This document shows, piece after piece, positions 52,227 to 61,563 of a stretch of 64,000 nt of DNA. Below the pieces are notes generated by a model. It ran no database searches, was not told the DNA's origin, and saw only the letters and a program-made list of their open reading frames with translations. Source of the DNA: Thermoanaerobaculia bacterium (GTDB lineage: Bacteria > Acidobacteriota > Thermoanaerobaculia > Multivoradales > Multivoraceae); NCBI GenBank assembly GCA_963664405.1, contig OY761158.1, positions 6,528,001-6,592,000 of the forward strand. The letters run 5' to 3'. Positions within the stretch are counted from its first letter, which is position 1. Every line of letters starts with the position of its first letter. Made by a program: the position numbers and the translations under genes.

Positions 52227-52996
52227 GGCTGCGCCTTCACCGAGTCGCTTTCGATGCCCTGTACGATCTGGACGAAAATGTCTTCCAGGTAGTGAAGTCC
52301 GGTGCTCTCCCGCAGCCCCTCGAGAGTGTCGCAGGCGTGGATCTGACCGAGATGGATGATCGCGATGCGGTCGCAAAGGCGCTCCGCCTCGCTCATGATG
52401 TGGGTGGAGAAGACCACCGTCTTGCCCTCATCTCTCAGCTCCGCGATCACTTTTTGCAGCTCGATCGAATTGAGAACGTCGAGTCCGATCGTGGGCTCGT
52501 CGAAGATGAGCACTGGAGGGTCGTGGGCGATAGTGCGGGCGATCGAGACTTTTTGCTTCATTCCGGTCGAGAGCTGCTCGATGCGTACATCGGCGTAGTC
52601 CGCGAGACCGAATCGGGCGATGAGCTCGGCGCAACGGCTCTCGGCACGAGTCTCCGAAAGCCCATTGACCACGGCGAAAAGGCGCAGGGTCTCGCGCGCG
52701 GTGAGTCGCGGATAGAGCGCAGTGGAGACCGAGTAAAAGCCGAGGTTCCGACGAACCTCCTGCGGCTCCTGACATACGTCATGGCCCATGAGCTTGGCGG
52801 TTCCCGAGCTCGGTGCGAGAACGGTCGACAGCATCCGCAGCGTGGTCGTTTTGCCCGCGCCGTTGGCTCCGAGGAGGCCGAAGATCTCCCCTCCACTACA
52901 AGAGAAGGTGACCTCGTCGACGGCGGCGATGCGCCCCCGACTGCGATCCCAGAATGCTTTACTCAGGCCTTCGACCTGGACCGGTAGGAGATTCAT
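52223..52996 (-). CDS. ABC transporter ATP-binding protein (NatA-like)
   Basis: GANGAGKTT, LSTGMKQK, FDEPT, FSTH. Confidence 0.93.
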   Translation of the reverse strand: MNLLPVQVEGLSKAFWDRSRGRIAAVDEVTFSCSGGEIFGLLGANGAGKTTTLRMLSTVLAPSSGTAKLMGHDVCQEPQEVRRNLGFYSVSTALYPRLTARETLRLFAVVNGLSETRAESRCAELIARFGLADYADVRIEQLSTGMKQKVSIARTIAHDPPVLIFDEPTIGLDVLNSIELQKVIAELRDEGKTVVFSTHIMSEAERLCDRIAIIHLGQIHACDTLEGLRESTGLHYLEDIFVQIVQGIESDSVKAQP

Positions 52997-54258
52997 GATT
53001 CCGCTGGGGTGCTCCCTCTCCATTTGTCTTTCAAGAAGCGCAGTGGACCCCCGACGTAGGAGCCGGTGATGACTTCCTCATAGCGAAGGAGGCGGATACC
53101 GAGGGTAAGGAGTGCTGCAATCAGTGTGAGCTGGACTACGACCGTGAGGGTCGCCGGTCCCCAGGGGACGTTTCCGCTGATTGCCTCTCGGACCAACATC
53201 GCGACGTTTACAACCGGAATCGCGGCCAGGGTCATCGACAGCTCGAGGCCCTCGCGAGTCAAGAACACTACCGGCAAAAAGGCGACGAGGTATACGGGGC
53301 TCACCATCGCTTGGCCCTCTCTGAAGGTTCGAGCGAAGAGAGCAGGGATCATCATTGCGGCGGCGACGGAGGCCGCCAACAGAATGGCCCCGACGAGCAG
53401 AAAGGGAAGCGAGCTCAAGGGGATTCTCACACTCAGGTCGGCGCCTGAGTCAGCGATGAGCGGAGCTAGGACCGAGGTCATGGTGAGCATCATCGCCAGC
53501 AAGTTCAAGACGCCGGCGATGCAGCCGAGGGTTGTCACGTAGAGGTACTTGGCGCACACCACACTGGTGCGCGAAGCCGCCAGGGTCAGAGTCGTCTCCC
53601 ATGTCCCTCGCTCGTGCTCGCCTGCGGTGGTGTCGACCGCCGGGTACTGGCAGCCGACGGCGACCATGATGACGAAGTAGAGAGGTACAACCAGACCCAA
53701 GAGCATGGCTCCCATATCGGCTCCGCTGGCGACGTTCTCGCTCTCGATGGTAAATCGCTCCCATTCTTGATGAGATAGCGTGCTGGCTGCGCGCCTCTCC
53801 AGCCACTGTTCCCGATGCTCTTCGAGCAAGGAGAGGAGTCTTTGGCCCGCGAGCGCACTTGCTTCTCGCGCGGAGTCGAAGGCGACTTCCGCGCGGAAGG
53901 AGCCCTCTTCTTCCGGCAGCGTCTCGAAACGTAACGCTGCATCGAGATCGCCACTGTTGATGAGCTCCTCCACCGATGCGGTTGGCTCGTCGACGATTTC
54001 CAGGCGGGGCTCTGCAGCAATGCTCTGGCTCAGCGCGTCGTGCTCTGCCGGTACGTCACTGATGACGACTCGATTGGCGACTCTTTCGCTCTGGCCCTGT
54101 ACCAAGAGCATCCCATTGATGAGGAACCACAAGAGGACGGGATAGAGGAGAACCGGGATGAGGACGGTGTTGATGACGACACTTCGCTCGCGGAAAGCGC
54201 TCCGGAGCTCCGCGAGGTAAAGAAGCCGGATGTCGCGCCAGCTCAATCGCTCTCCCAC
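52993..54258 (-). CDS. ABC exporter permease (NatB-like)
   Basis: DTTAGEHERGTWETTL; multiple TM helices. Confidence 0.88.
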   Translation of the reverse strand: MGERLSWRDIRLLYLAELRSAFRERSVVINTVLIPVLLYPVLLWFLINGMLLVQGQSERVANRVVISDVPAEHDALSQSIAAEPRLEIVDEPTASVEELINSGDLDAALRFETLPEEEGSFRAEVAFDSAREASALAGQRLLSLLEEHREQWLERRAASTLSHQEWERFTIESENVASGADMGAMLLGLVVPLYFVIMVAVGCQYPAVDTTAGEHERGTWETTLTLAASRTSVVCAKYLYVTTLGCIAGVLNLLAMMLTMTSVLAPLIADSGADLSVRIPLSSLPFLLVGAILLAASVAAAMMIPALFARTFREGQAMVSPVYLVAFLPVVFLTREGLELSMTLAAIPVVNVAMLVREAISGNVPWGPATLTVVVQLTLIAALLTLGIRLLRYEEVITGSYVGGPLRFLKDKWRGSTPAES

Positions 54259-54554
54259 CCGGCGGAGGGGTGGGCGAGAAGCTCACGGACTTCCTCTGCA
54301 TCCTCCGGGCACACGCGGAGGCTGACGCCCAAAGAGGATGGCTTGAAAAGGCCGTTCGCCGGCGACAGCGGAATCATTCCCAGCGAGTGCTCACCCTGGA
54401 CTTCGTATTGCAGCCCGGCCGAGTCGAGCAGGCCCTTGACTACCGAGAGCAGGGCCAGATCCTGGGTATGAAAGACCTTGACCAGGGATGGGGCGTCGCG
54501 CTGGCTCATCAATAACTCATCGGATCGGTTGCTCTCTGGCTGCTCGGTGTCCAT
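54243..54554 (-). CDS. DUF2007-like protein
   Basis: VVKGLLDSAGL...VQGE...LRVCPEDAEEVRELL. Confidence 0.75.
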   Translation of the reverse strand: MDTEQPESNRSDELLMSQRDAPSLVKVFHTQDLALLSVVKGLLDSAGLQYEVQGEHSLGMIPLSPANGLFKPSSLGVSLRVCPEDAEEVRELLAHPSAGWESD

Positions 54555-54609
54555 TGTAGCGGCTCTCGGAGAAGTCTCGACGGGTTGCTGGGAGCTATGA
54601 TGGCGGGAC

Positions 54610-55989
54610 ATGGGTACACCCGATTCTCTGGGCCGGTCCCTGACCGTCTATCTCCGGCCGAGGCAGTTGGTCGTTCTTGCGCTAGGTATCGCCCAGGGAG
54701 CACCCTTCGCTCTGATTGCCGGCACGTTGACGTATTGGCTTTCGAAACTGGGCGTCGACAAGTCGACGGTCGGTCTCTTCTTCTTGACCGGTCTTTCTTA
54801 CTCGCTGAAGCCGGTCTGGTCGCCGCTCATCGATCGCGTCCGATTGCCCTTCTTCGGATCCAAGTTCGGCCAGCGGCGAAGCTGGCTTTTTCTTCTTCAG
54901 AGCCTCCTCATCGTCGCGATCATCGCTCTCGGGCATTCGAACCCCGGGGAGCGTATCGGCCTTGCCGCGGTCTTGGCGGCGCTCATCGGGTTCCTCTCGG
55001 CCAGTCAAGACATCGTAATCGATGCTTATCGGATCGAGATATTGGAGGATGACGAACAGGGGGCGGGTGCGGCCTCCATCCAATTCGGTTGGCGTGTCGG
55101 TGCCTGGTTATGTGGCGGAGTGACTTTGGGGATCGCCGGTGTTTGGGGCTATATGGCCGCTTATACGGTCTCCGCTTTCTTCATTCTCCCTGGCGCGGTC
55201 GCGGCTGTGCTGTGGGGAGAGCCGCGATCGGTGGAAACGCCGGAAGCGGCTCGACTTCGCCAGGGGGCTGAGGCGTTTCTCGCTGCCAGGAAGATTCGCG
55301 GTTCGACCGCCGAATGGGTGGCGTGGCTGCAGATGGCGGTGGTCGCGCCCTTCGTCGAGTTCATGAAGCGCCCGGGTTGGTGGCTGATCCTGATCTTCAT
55401 CCTACTGTTCAAGTTCGGAGATGCCGTAGCTGCCAACCAGACTAGCCCGCTGCTGGTCGAGCTGGGCTTCAGCGAGCTCGAGACGGCGCTCGGCGTCAAG
55501 ACCGCTGGGCTCCCGCCCTTGTTTGTCGGTATCGCGTTGGGAGGCTCGCTCTACTTTATTGCCGGCGCCTACCGCTCACTACTGATAACCGGCGCCCTGA
55601 TGATGCTGACCAACCTGATGTTCGTCGGCCTGGCGGCTGCCGGCCACAGCATGCCGATGTTGATGGCGACGATCGCGTTCGAGAATTTCGCCAGCGGCTT
55701 GGGGGGGACGGCGGTGGTCGCGTATCTCTCGGGCATGTGCAACCGAAGTTTTACTGCCACCCAATACGCGCTGCTTTCTGCGGTGACGTTGATCCCCAGG
55801 AGTCTTTTCGCGAGCTTTTCGGGGTTTCTGGCCGAAGTCGTCGACTGGGAGACCTTCTTCCTGATCTCTACCGTGGTCGCGCTACCCGGCATTCTCATGT
55901 TGGTTGCGATGCGGCGGATTGCTTTCACCGCGGACGGAATGCCAAGGCTGCGCCATGATGCCGACTCCCGAGAGGCAGCCGAGTTCTAG
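54610..55989 (+). CDS. ampG: AmpG-family muropeptide MFS transporter
   Basis: LKPVWSPLID, GQRRSW, SASQDIVIDAYRIE, TATQYALLS. Confidence 0.92.
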   Translation: MGTPDSLGRSLTVYLRPRQLVVLALGIAQGAPFALIAGTLTYWLSKLGVDKSTVGLFFLTGLSYSLKPVWSPLIDRVRLPFFGSKFGQRRSWLFLLQSLLIVAIIALGHSNPGERIGLAAVLAALIGFLSASQDIVIDAYRIEILEDDEQGAGAASIQFGWRVGAWLCGGVTLGIAGVWGYMAAYTVSAFFILPGAVAAVLWGEPRSVETPEAARLRQGAEAFLAARKIRGSTAEWVAWLQMAVVAPFVEFMKRPGWWLILIFILLFKFGDAVAANQTSPLLVELGFSELETALGVKTAGLPPLFVGIALGGSLYFIAGAYRSLLITGALMMLTNLMFVGLAAAGHSMPMLMATIAFENFASGLGGTAVVAYLSGMCNRSFTATQYALLSAVTLIPRSLFASFSGFLAEVVDWETFFLISTVVALPGILMLVAMRRIAFTADGMPRLRHDADSREAAEF

Positions 55990-56114
55990 GGCGGGGAGCC
56001 AGCCCAGGAGGAGGGGGCCCTTGTCTCCGAGGGATTGTGTATAATCGGAAGACATATGGAGCCGTGCACTGGTGCGACATCCGTCGTGCCCTGTCAAAAC
56101 TTTAGGAGAGCAAC

Positions 56115-57788
56115 ATGCTGAAAAAGCGTGTGATCCTTGCGATCGCGATCGCTGGCCTCGGAGTCATAGCGTGGGCCGCAAACAACCCTTCCTCGACGAG
56201 CGACGTCACCCTTTCGGGCTTGGTGGTCGACAATGCCGGCAAGCCGGTGCGGGGAGCCACCGTAACCGCCTTCGACGATGCCATTGGCAAGAGCATCTCG
56301 GTCTACAGCCGAGAAGACGGGAGTTACAGCCTGTCCGGGCTCGAGGCGAAGGACTACACTCTCCGAGCGAGACTTCTCGGCATGGACGACTCTGCCATCG
56401 AAGTGGCTGCGAGCCGTTCGGGCAATCACAAGCTGGTGATGAATCCGGCATCGGACCTCAACGAGCAACGACCCGCCAACAGCCGCCTCGATCTTCTGCA
56501 TTGGGAGAACGAGAAGGACGGGCAGAACTTCCGCATGATGTGCATCTACTGTCATCAGATAGGCACCGAGGGCTTTCGCAGTCCCGAGGAGCCGGTGGAC
56601 TGGGAAGTCATGGTGACGCGGATGGACGGCTTCAAGGGGCTCTACGAGCACACCCAGGGCATCTTGGTCGACAAGCTCCTCGCCACCTACGGGCTGGGGG
56701 CGGAAGAGAACTGGCCCACCTATCAGCCGCCGGAGAGGCCTTCTGGAGATGCTCTTCTGGCCGAGGTCACCGAGTGGAAGATGGGCAAAGAGAACGAAGC
56801 CATGATCCACGATCTCGAGGTCGGTCGCGACGGCAAGATCTACACCGTCGACATGCTCTCAGATGCGATCTCGGTCCTGGACCCGGTGACCGGCGAGCGT
56901 GAGAACTACACGTTTCCCGGTGGAAAGGAATACAACTCCACCGACGGAACCGTCAAGGGCCCTCATTCGGTCGAGGTCGCGCCCAATGGTGACCTCTGGT
57001 TCACCTTGGCAATCTCCGGCGAGATGGCGAAGTTCGATCCGAAGACCAAGGAGTTTACGGTGGTTTCGGGCCACCCGACGCGCAAGCGCTCCGGGTATCC
57101 CCACACACTTCGAGTTGCCCCAGAGGGTGACAAGGTGTGGTGGACGGATGCCGGTATGGGTGTGTTTTCGATCGACACCGCCAGCTACGACGTGAAGTTC
57201 TACGAACTGCCGAGCGCCGACCAGGTGCGTGGCACGGGTGCCAGCGGCGAGTCTCGAGGGTTGACACCCTACGGCATCGACATCGCCCCTAATGGCAAGG
57301 TCTGGTACACCAAGCTGAACGGCCAGCGTGTCGGTCGCATCGATCCTTCGAAGCCGGACGGCGATCCCGATCAGATCGTCGAGTGGGAGCCCCCGGTCCA
57401 CGGTCCTCGTCGCCTTCATGTGGCACCCGACGGTCTGGTGTGGGTGCCGGGTTGGGCGAGCGGAAATATCGCCAGTTTTGACGAGACGCTCGAAGAGTGG
57501 GGGATTTACGATCTGCCGAACGGGAAGAACTCGATGCCCTACGCGCTCAACATCCACCCCAAGACGGGTGACATCTGGATCTGCGGCACCGGCAGCGACT
57601 CGATGTTGAAGTTCAACCCGAAGACCCAGGAGTTCACCGAGTATCGGATGCCGACGCGTGTGACCTACACCCGCGAGATAGAGTTCGACGACGAGGGTAA
57701 TATTTGGTTGAGCAACTCCAACTACCCGACTCGCCACATCGAGAACCGCCACGGTTCGATAATCAAGCTGGCCCTACTAGAAGAGTAG
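56115..57788 (+). CDS. Secreted carboxypeptidase-regulatory domain + cytochrome c + Vgb-like beta-propeller protein
   Basis: Signal peptide; G.VVD..G.PV.GA.V; CIYCH; repeated PHS/PYG/GPRR blades. Confidence 0.82.
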   Translation: MLKKRVILAIAIAGLGVIAWAANNPSSTSDVTLSGLVVDNAGKPVRGATVTAFDDAIGKSISVYSREDGSYSLSGLEAKDYTLRARLLGMDDSAIEVAASRSGNHKLVMNPASDLNEQRPANSRLDLLHWENEKDGQNFRMMCIYCHQIGTEGFRSPEEPVDWEVMVTRMDGFKGLYEHTQGILVDKLLATYGLGAEENWPTYQPPERPSGDALLAEVTEWKMGKENEAMIHDLEVGRDGKIYTVDMLSDAISVLDPVTGERENYTFPGGKEYNSTDGTVKGPHSVEVAPNGDLWFTLAISGEMAKFDPKTKEFTVVSGHPTRKRSGYPHTLRVAPEGDKVWWTDAGMGVFSIDTASYDVKFYELPSADQVRGTGASGESRGLTPYGIDIAPNGKVWYTKLNGQRVGRIDPSKPDGDPDQIVEWEPPVHGPRRLHVAPDGLVWVPGWASGNIASFDETLEEWGIYDLPNGKNSMPYALNIHPKTGDIWICGTGSDSMLKFNPKTQEFTEYRMPTRVTYTREIEFDDEGNIWLSNSNYPTRHIENRHGSIIKLALLEE

Positions 57789-57812
57789 TCGCTAACCGAT
57801 AACGAAGCCTCT

Positions 57813-57844
57813 AGGGTCGGCGTTCTACGCCGGCCCTTTTTTTT
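57813..57844 (+). terminator. Rho-independent terminator
   Basis: AGGGTCGGCGT-TCT-ACGCCGGCCCT then T-run. Confidence 0.8.
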
Positions 57845-57920
57845 GGGCCCCAGCGGCCTTCTTCGAGGCAAGGGCGGTCGCCTTTTCCGAAGGCGGGGGC
57901 CAGCGCCCGTCCTGCACGGC

Positions 57921-59282
57921 CTACTCGAAGGTGATGAGAAGCTCTCGGAACTCGGCCTCGCCGACCTCGTCGATGGAGCGAAGGAAGGCGACCAGGGGCG
58001 CGATGTCGCTCTCGGCTAGATTCATCAACAGGTAGTCAGGATCGATCGAGTGGAGCTTGCCTTCTCTTGCCAGGCTGTTTACTCGCACGATGTCCGCTAC
58101 CGCCGACTCCAGTGTCGGGTACGCTCCGTTGTGCATGTAGGGATCGGTCCGCGGTAGGTTGCGGAGGCTCGGAGTGCGGAAGGCTCCGATCATGCGCTGC
58201 AGCAGGGCGTCGTCAGTCTCGCCCTCTACGCGCTGCGGACTGTTTTCGAGATCGACCCAGTTCCAATGTCCGAGATCGATCTTGCTCTTGTTCGACTTCG
58301 TCGGCACGGCGAGAAAGTCGGGGTCGGGGCGTCTTCCAGCGGCGGCCGCCTCGGCGATGGGGAGCTTGGCGAAGGCACGAGCAGAGTTGACGTCGGTGTA
58401 CTCGAGCTCACTGATTCCGGTGTTGTGAAAGAGACCGTCGGTAAAGCCGGGGGGGACGTGGCAGGAGACACAATTGCCGACGGACGCGTTCCCTTCAACC
58501 CGGAAGAAGGTCTTGAATCCTTGGTAGGCCTCCTCGCTGAACCCCACCGGGCGCTTGATCAGAACGCGACCTTCTTGGTTGGTCAGGCGGCCGTAGATTC
58601 GGCCGGCGTAGTGCTTGGGATCTTCGTCGCGAGCGGGACCCAGCGGAATTCGGTTCTGGTCGGCGAAGGCATCCCAGGTGGCGGTCCGTGCGGACTGGAT
58701 CTCGCCGGTGTACTGGGTGAGAGCTCGAACCGTGAGATCCACGACTTCTTTCTCCGAGAGAGTCTCGATATCGACCCGGTAGGCGGCTTGGAACTTGGGT
58801 CGATAGTCGACGGCAGGATCGTCGAGGAGGGCGGTCTTGAGCTGCCCCTCGGCCCGCGCTCGATCTTTGGACTGCCAGCCCAGATGGTTGGAGAAGATCT
58901 TCTCTCGTACCAGCTCCGCGAGGGAGGCGAAGCGACCGTCGATGCCGAATCTGTGAGCGCCATCGAGGTCGAGGAGGGCCGGCGTGTTGCGGAGGGTGGT
59001 CTCCTGCCTCGCCGAGCCTTGCCCTGGCATCAGGCTGCGGGGTACCTGTTCTGAGTAGAAGCGTTCCCTTCCGCCTCTCGGAGCCTTGCCGACGAAGTGA
59101 CAGCCACCACAGCCCGATTGAAAAGTGGCTCCGGGATTGTTGAGTGTGGTCTCGAAGAAGAGGAGCTCACCGAGCTCGCGTTGGGCCTTTGAGCTGCGGT
59201 TCTGCGAATGCAGGCCCGAGCCCGCCACGCTGCTTGCAAGGATTGCGGTGAGGGCGACTACGCGCCCCAAGCTAGGGTTCAC
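57921..59282 (-). CDS. Di-heme cytochrome c peroxidase/MauG-family protein (divergent)
   Basis: LGELLFFE, CGGCH, RNTP, CVSCH, FRTPSLRN, PYMHNG. Confidence 0.85.
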   Translation of the reverse strand: MNPSLGRVVALTAILASSVAGSGLHSQNRSSKAQRELGELLFFETTLNNPGATFQSGCGGCHFVGKAPRGGRERFYSEQVPRSLMPGQGSARQETTLRNTPALLDLDGAHRFGIDGRFASLAELVREKIFSNHLGWQSKDRARAEGQLKTALLDDPAVDYRPKFQAAYRVDIETLSEKEVVDLTVRALTQYTGEIQSARTATWDAFADQNRIPLGPARDEDPKHYAGRIYGRLTNQEGRVLIKRPVGFSEEAYQGFKTFFRVEGNASVGNCVSCHVPPGFTDGLFHNTGISELEYTDVNSARAFAKLPIAEAAAAGRRPDPDFLAVPTKSNKSKIDLGHWNWVDLENSPQRVEGETDDALLQRMIGAFRTPSLRNLPRTDPYMHNGAYPTLESAVADIVRVNSLAREGKLHSIDPDYLLMNLAESDIAPLVAFLRSIDEVGEAEFRELLITFE

Positions 59283-59303
59283 CAGGTTTTCCTCCGATAC
59301 TAG

Positions 59304-60059
59304 TTATTCAACTCCGACGGCTTCTCCGAGGGTCGGGCCGATCTCGCCGTGAATCACGAGGTCGGCGAGCTTATCTTGGTCCGTCTCTTCCCGATTGAGA
59401 ATGACCAGCTTCGCGCCATTGCGCTTCGCGAGCGCGGGGAAGCCCGCGGCAGGGTACACGACCAGAGACGACCCGGTGGCGAGGAGCAGGTCGCAAGACA
59501 GGGTGGCCTCTTCACTCCGTTGCATCTCTTCGATCGGCATCGCCTGTCCGAAGGAGATCGTTGCTGTCTTGACAATGCCCCCGCAGCTCTCGCAGACCGG
59601 AAGGATGTCCTTCTCCTCGAAGAGCTCCATGAGTGGCTCGAGCTCGTGACGCCGGTCGCAATCGAGGCATTTGGCGTAGGTCGCGTTCCCATGCAGCTCG
59701 ATGACCCGGTCTGCGTCGATGCCGGATGTCTGATGCAATCCGTCGACGTTCTGGGTAATGACGGTCTGGCACGTGCCACGCCGGCACAGCTCCGCGATCG
59801 CTCGGTGTCCGCGGTTGGGCAGAGCTCTTTCAAAGCTTCCGTCGGAAGAGCTCTTGCGCTGCCAGGACTCGCGGCGCTTCTCCTCCGAGCTTACGAAGTC
59901 CTGGAAGTAGATCGGTTGAACTCGGGTCCAGATGCCACCGGGGCTGCGAAAATCGGGGATTCCCGACTCGGTGCTGATGCCGGCGCCGGTGAACGCCACC
60001 ATGCTCTCACTGGCATCCAGGAGCTCGCGAAGCCGCTGGAGATCAGCTCGAGTCGACAT
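59304..60059 (-). CDS. cobB: Sir2-family NAD-dependent protein deacylase
   Basis: GAGISTESGIPDFR, TQNVDGLH, HG, GSSLVVYPAA. Confidence 0.9.
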   Translation of the reverse strand: MSTRADLQRLRELLDASESMVAFTGAGISTESGIPDFRSPGGIWTRVQPIYFQDFVSSEEKRRESWQRKSSSDGSFERALPNRGHRAIAELCRRGTCQTVITQNVDGLHQTSGIDADRVIELHGNATYAKCLDCDRRHELEPLMELFEEKDILPVCESCGGIVKTATISFGQAMPIEEMQRSEEATLSCDLLLATGSSLVVYPAAGFPALAKRNGAKLVILNREETDQDKLADLVIHGEIGPTLGEAVGVE

Positions 60060-60549
60060 CAGCGCCTCCGGAGGGTTCTTCGCCAACCGGTTCTTCGCGG
60101 AGCTCGAAGTCCTTGCCGCAACACCAGCACGGACCCGGCGCGGTTGCGGTGATGTTACAGACTTCGCAGCGGTAATGGACGTGGTATCGGCGACCCTGGT
60201 GGAGAGAGTAAACGGAGAGAATCTCGAAGGCATCCCCTTGACGGCGCCAGCCGACTAGTTCCAGCTCCCGCTGTCTCACGATCGGATCTATGAACATCTC
60301 GACTCGAGGGTCGTCGGCGAGGAGTCTCAGTCTCTCTCCGCCTGAGGTGACCAAGGCGAACCCCGCTCCCGGCAGGTTGCAAGGGTCTTGGCCGGGGTCC
60401 TCCCGGGAGGCCGCTTCGACGCACTCGACTCGGCCTCGGAGGGTCATAGGTTCCTCCGTGCTCGCCGCGTCGGTCTCACCAAGGGCCCAGCCAGAGGCGG
60501 ATAAAACGAGAACTAGGGCGCCCCAGAGCTGCGGATGGCGCACTGGCAT
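60043..60549 (-). CDS. Hypothetical secreted protein with C-terminal metal-binding Cys cluster
   Basis: Signal peptide; YRCEVCNITATAPGPCWCCG. Confidence 0.7.
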   Translation of the reverse strand: MPVRHPQLWGALVLVLSASGWALGETDAASTEEPMTLRGRVECVEAASREDPGQDPCNLPGAGFALVTSGGERLRLLADDPRVEMFIDPIVRQRELELVGWRRQGDAFEILSVYSLHQGRRYHVHYRCEVCNITATAPGPCWCCGKDFELREEPVGEEPSGGADVDSS

Positions 60550-60722
60550 TGCCGGGAACTTTAGCATGATGCCGCCCTCCTTTCGGAGCACCGAGGCTCG
60601 CTTGCCGGAGTCTCTCAGGCCGGATCGAGCGCCGTCCGTTGCTGCTGTAGTAAACTCGCCCGACTTCCAGGCCCGGTCGCTCGACCAGGTTCCCACCAAG
60701 AAAGAAACAGGAGCCCAGTCTC

Positions 60723-61553
60723 ATGCAGTTTCAGCGTTTTCAAGGAAACGAACGCTATATCGTCTCGCAAGAGCTTCAAGATGCCGTCAATGTCGCAATA
60801 GCTCTGGAGAAGCCGCTGCTTGTTCGCGGCGAGCCCGGCACTGGAAAGACCGTCTTGGCGGAGGCGATCGCCGAGTCGTTGGTGATGGAGCTCATCACAT
60901 GGAACATCAAGTCGACAACGGAAGGCCAAGATGGTCTTTATCTCTACGACACCATTGCACGGCTCAACGACGCGCGCTTCGGCGACCGCGACATCACCGA
61001 CGTTCGTCAGTACATCAAGTATGGGCCTCTCGGTCGTAGCTTCGTCTCCGACCAGCGAGTCGTTCTTCTCATCGACGAGATCGACAAGGCCGACATGGAG
61101 TTTCCCAACGATCTTCTTCACGAGATCGATCGGATGACTTTCACGGTTCAAGAGACCGACGAGTACCACGCAGCCAAGCACCGGCCGGTCGTGATCATTA
61201 CTTCCAACGCCGAGAAAGAGCTGCCCGATGCCTTTCTGCGTCGCTGCGTATTCCATTACATCGAGTTCCCCGACAAAGAGTTGATGGAGGAGATCGTTCG
61301 GGTGCATCACCCTGACGTCGAGGAGGAGCTCTTGCGACAGGTGCTCGTTCGATTCTATTGGCTCCGCGACCTCCCGGATCTTCGCAAGCGGCCCTCTACG
61401 AGCGAGCTCATCGACTGGATCTCGGCGCTCCGTAGGGGCGGTATAGCAGCGGACACAATCGAAATGGAGCTCCCCTTCCTGGGCGTTCTGCTCAAGCGGG
61501 AGAGTGACGTCAACTTGACCTCTGCGGCGCAGCGCCGTAGTCGCGTCAATTAA
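60723..61553 (+). CDS. MoxR-family AAA+ ATPase (CoxD-like)
   Basis: GEPGTGKT, LLIDEIDKAD, LPDAFLRRC. Confidence 0.93.
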   Translation: MQFQRFQGNERYIVSQELQDAVNVAIALEKPLLVRGEPGTGKTVLAEAIAESLVMELITWNIKSTTEGQDGLYLYDTIARLNDARFGDRDITDVRQYIKYGPLGRSFVSDQRVVLLIDEIDKADMEFPNDLLHEIDRMTFTVQETDEYHAAKHRPVVIITSNAEKELPDAFLRRCVFHYIEFPDKELMEEIVRVHHPDVEEELLRQVLVRFYWLRDLPDLRKRPSTSELIDWISALRRGGIAADTIEMELPFLGVLLKRESDVNLTSAAQRRSRVN

Positions 61554-61563
61554 GGAGTCGTCG

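Noticed and set aside
59304-60059. Sir2-based anti-phage defence system
   Set aside because: Stand-alone classical Zn-binding sirtuin with no defence partner domains
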